A stretch of 64,000 bases of DNA from Ginglymostoma cirratum (taxonomy: Eukaryota). Made by a program: the position numbers and the translations under genes. Of the stretch, positions 61,476-64,000 are shown one piece after another (within the stretch, counting starts at the first letter, position 1; each line of letters begins with the position of its first letter). The DNA lies in contig JAHRHZ010000042.1 of assembly GCA_024137785.1 (NCBI GenBank), forward strand, positions 2,327,719 through 2,391,718, written 5' to 3'. The notes beneath the pieces were generated by a model. The model was not told the origin of the DNA. It ran no database searches and saw nothing but the letters and a program-made list of their open reading frames with translations.

Positions 61476-61973
61476 AGTACCTGGCAGATCTCTGTTAAAC
61501 ACTGACAACACTTGGGCTCCAATGAACAAGGCAACAATTGCTCAGACAGCTCCCCCTGTGGGCAATGCCAGAAAAATCAACTGCTTTACTCTGTCGCAAG
61601 TGTGACTGAATCAATTCTCCACCGTGCTTTATCCAATAGGTATCCATCAGTCCGCTTGTGGATAGGGATGCTGCATTTTCAACTAATGAATTCAGCTTCA
61701 GATTAAGTAATAAAGCAAATATCTCTGCAAGTATATTTTTCATTGTATAACTGCACTTTACACATAGAAAAGAATTATGTTTTGCAGCAGGGAGCTGCAA
61801 GGAAAGTTGATGACATGGGAGGGGATGGAAGCAAACATGCTGAGAGAGCCCCTGACTGAACATGTTTCATGATGTATGTCCCTGAGAGCTGGGGGTGGGG
61901 TGGGAAATAGGTTGTGGCATAAACATTGGCTGACCAACAATATGTGACACCGTCTTGTGTTTTGTGTGTTCAG

Positions 61974-62006
61974 GTGGAGCCAAGCAATCCTCAGTTCAGA
62001 TTGAAG
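61974..62006 (+). CDS. CRYBG2: CRYBG2 33-nt linker exon VEPSNPQFRLK
   Basis: tgtgttcAG acceptor, AAG|GTAAGT donor, phase 0/0. Same length as the recalled 11-aa CRYBG2 linker. Confidence 0.85.
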
Positions 62007-63107
62007 GTAAGTATCATTCACTTCAGTTTATTTATTTTGTAAGCGAACTTGAGTTAGCTTTATCACTCGAGGCTGGGTGTGAAAGAACACAGAAGGTACT
62101 GTGAACCTTTTTAAAACACTGGCTGGACTCTAGCTGGAGGATTGTGTCCATTGCTGACCACCACTGTTTAGGAAGGGTGGCAAGGCTTGGACGAGAGATT
62201 GACTTACCTGATACCACTGATAAGGAACTTTAGTTCCACAGTGAGACTGGAGCTGTTTTCCTTCAAGCTGGGAAAGCTAAAGAGATTTCTGATAAAGGGA
62301 TTACAAACCTTGAAGAGTTTTGATAAGGTTAATGGGGTGAAATTATTTACATTGGCGGGCAGGTCAATACCGGAGGATACAGATAAGATGATTGACAAAA
62401 GAATCAAAAAGTTCTTTTTTCCTGGAATAAGCTGCCAGATAGGGCAAAGGGAGCAGACTCAATAGGGAAGGAAATTCCAAAGGGGAAAGATTTGCTTGGT
62501 TCTGGGGAATGATTTGAGGACTGGGAAAATTTGTGCAGATCCGTCAGAAAGCCAACTACTCCAGGCACCAATTTAGCGCAGAGAGCAAGAGGAGCCTCTA
62601 TGCAGAAAGTTCTGGAATTCATTTCTAGGGTTAGTGGTTGAGGCAAAAACTAAGTCAACATTGAAAATTGGATTGAATAGATAGCCAATATTCATCGTTA
62701 TAGTAAAATCACTCAAAACTGCTTATCAGGCCAAGATCATATTATTGTTTGTGGGAACTTACTGGATATATGTCAGTTGCTGGTTTCTTACATTACAGCA
62801 ATGGCTAAATATAAAAATATATTTTTTAACAGCAGAAAGTGCCGCGTAAGTGCATTTATTTACTTTTGTTTTAAACAAGCCCATGGAGGCACCAAAACCA
62901 AGAAGGATGGACAGATATGAGAAACTGCCAAAATGAAGAAACCACATGCCCCAGATTAAATTTGTGATTGGCTACTTTTCTTCTTTCTCTCTTTTATTTT
63001 TAAGCTGTTTTTTGATCGCTGATGTTGAAATTTCCCTTCACTCTGTTGCTACCTTGGTCCATGGGCAATTTAAATTTAAATTTAAATTCTTTCCTTTCAT
63101 CACAAAG

Positions 63108-63220
63108 ATAAGGGCCTACCCAGAGGTCGAATACGGTGGACGCTGTCTGATGATCGAGGGGGAGAAGTTGAGTATCCCAAAAGATTTTAAGATGCAGTCT
63201 TGCAGGGTCCTAAATGGCAG
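63108..63220 (+). CDS. CRYBG2: CRYBG2 exon, Greek key 9 (IRAYPEVEYGG...FKMQSCRVLNG); gene continues beyond window
   Basis: Acceptor cacaaAG after a pyrimidine tract, AG|GTAAAT donor, phase 0/2. QSCRV motif as in CRYBG domain 5. Confidence 0.92.
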
Positions 63221-64000
63221 GTAAATGCAGGTGATTGATGCTTTGCAATATGTCACAACAATGTGGTATGTGTAAGTTGAGGAGTTAATCCTGGTGTCCT
63301 GACCAATAGTTTGTTTTAATCAGCGTCCCTAAAATAGATGGGTCTGGCCATTATCAATTTGATATTATAAAACAAAGAACTGTTGGTGCTAGAAATCTGA
63401 AACAAAAATGGAAATTTCTGGAGAAACACACAGCAGGTCTGGCAGCATCTGTGGAGAGAAAGCAGAGTTAACATTTCAGATCCAGTGACTTTTCAGAAAT
63501 ATCACTTTTTGATATTTGTGGGAACTTGCTTTGTACAAATTACATTTCAGTGATGACCACACTTCAAAAATAGTACGTAACTGACTTTAATGCGGTTGGA
63601 GAAGTCCCTAGTTGTCAAAGACGCTATATAAATGCAAGTCTTATCTGATTACATCCCATAATCACCATGCTACCCCCAGTTGTTACCTGGGACCAGTTTC
63701 ATAAATAAACAATATAATAGAGCCTGTGGTATACCCGCGCCTGCACACTTCAGCTCAAATTATTTGCCAATTAAGTCACAAAGTCCTAAATGATATGGCT
63801 ACATTGAAGGCCAAAGAGGATCAGATACCTCTCAGTAAACAGAGCAACTGCCTGGGTGTTTTAATCAATGAACACTAATGGTGCTGAAATATATAGTGGA
63901 AAGATTGAAAAATAGGTTGAAAATTAAATTAAATGCCCTACAGCGTTGAAGCAGACCTTTCAGCCCATTGAGTCCACACCACCGCTCCAAAGAACATCAC

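Noticed and set aside
41901-63220. Assignment as CRYBG1 (AIM1) or lens beta-crystallin genes
   Set aside because: The linkers (GPPRVEKPNEP), WVGYSKEGFRGHQY and the LPPIEEDQ motif fit CRYBG2 better, and all motifs splice into one frame with the large exons. Phylogeny or synteny would confirm.

Overview
Vertebrate genomic DNA, almost certainly from a shark or other elasmobranch (HE1-type V-SINEs, DeuSINE-type SINEs, abundant CR1 fragments). The main gene is on the + strand: 14 phase-compatible coding exons (22958-63220, 4238 nt, about 1412 codons) of a beta/gamma-crystallin domain-containing protein that best matches CRYBG2 (AIM1L). Two giant low-complexity exons are followed by Greek-key exons for domains 1-4 and the first half of domain 5. 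The first coding exon is uncertain and the 3' exons lie beyond the window. Upstream, a decayed minus-strand LTR retroelement (2802-7587) has split a CR1/L2-group LINE. It has paired LTRs, a tRNA-Ser(GCU)-type PBS, a PPT, an aspartic-protease remnant, and an env-like remnant in which a signal peptide is fused directly to a membrane-proximal/TM segment. Each internal ORF remnant has its own splice acceptor. Many short Penelope-type elements carry minimal hammerhead-ribozyme cores, several with 13-14 bp target-site duplications or fold-back structure. There is a 100-N assembly gap at 24387-24486. All family assignments come from reading and recalled family knowledge; no searches were run, and repeat boundaries are approximate unless a TSD is given.
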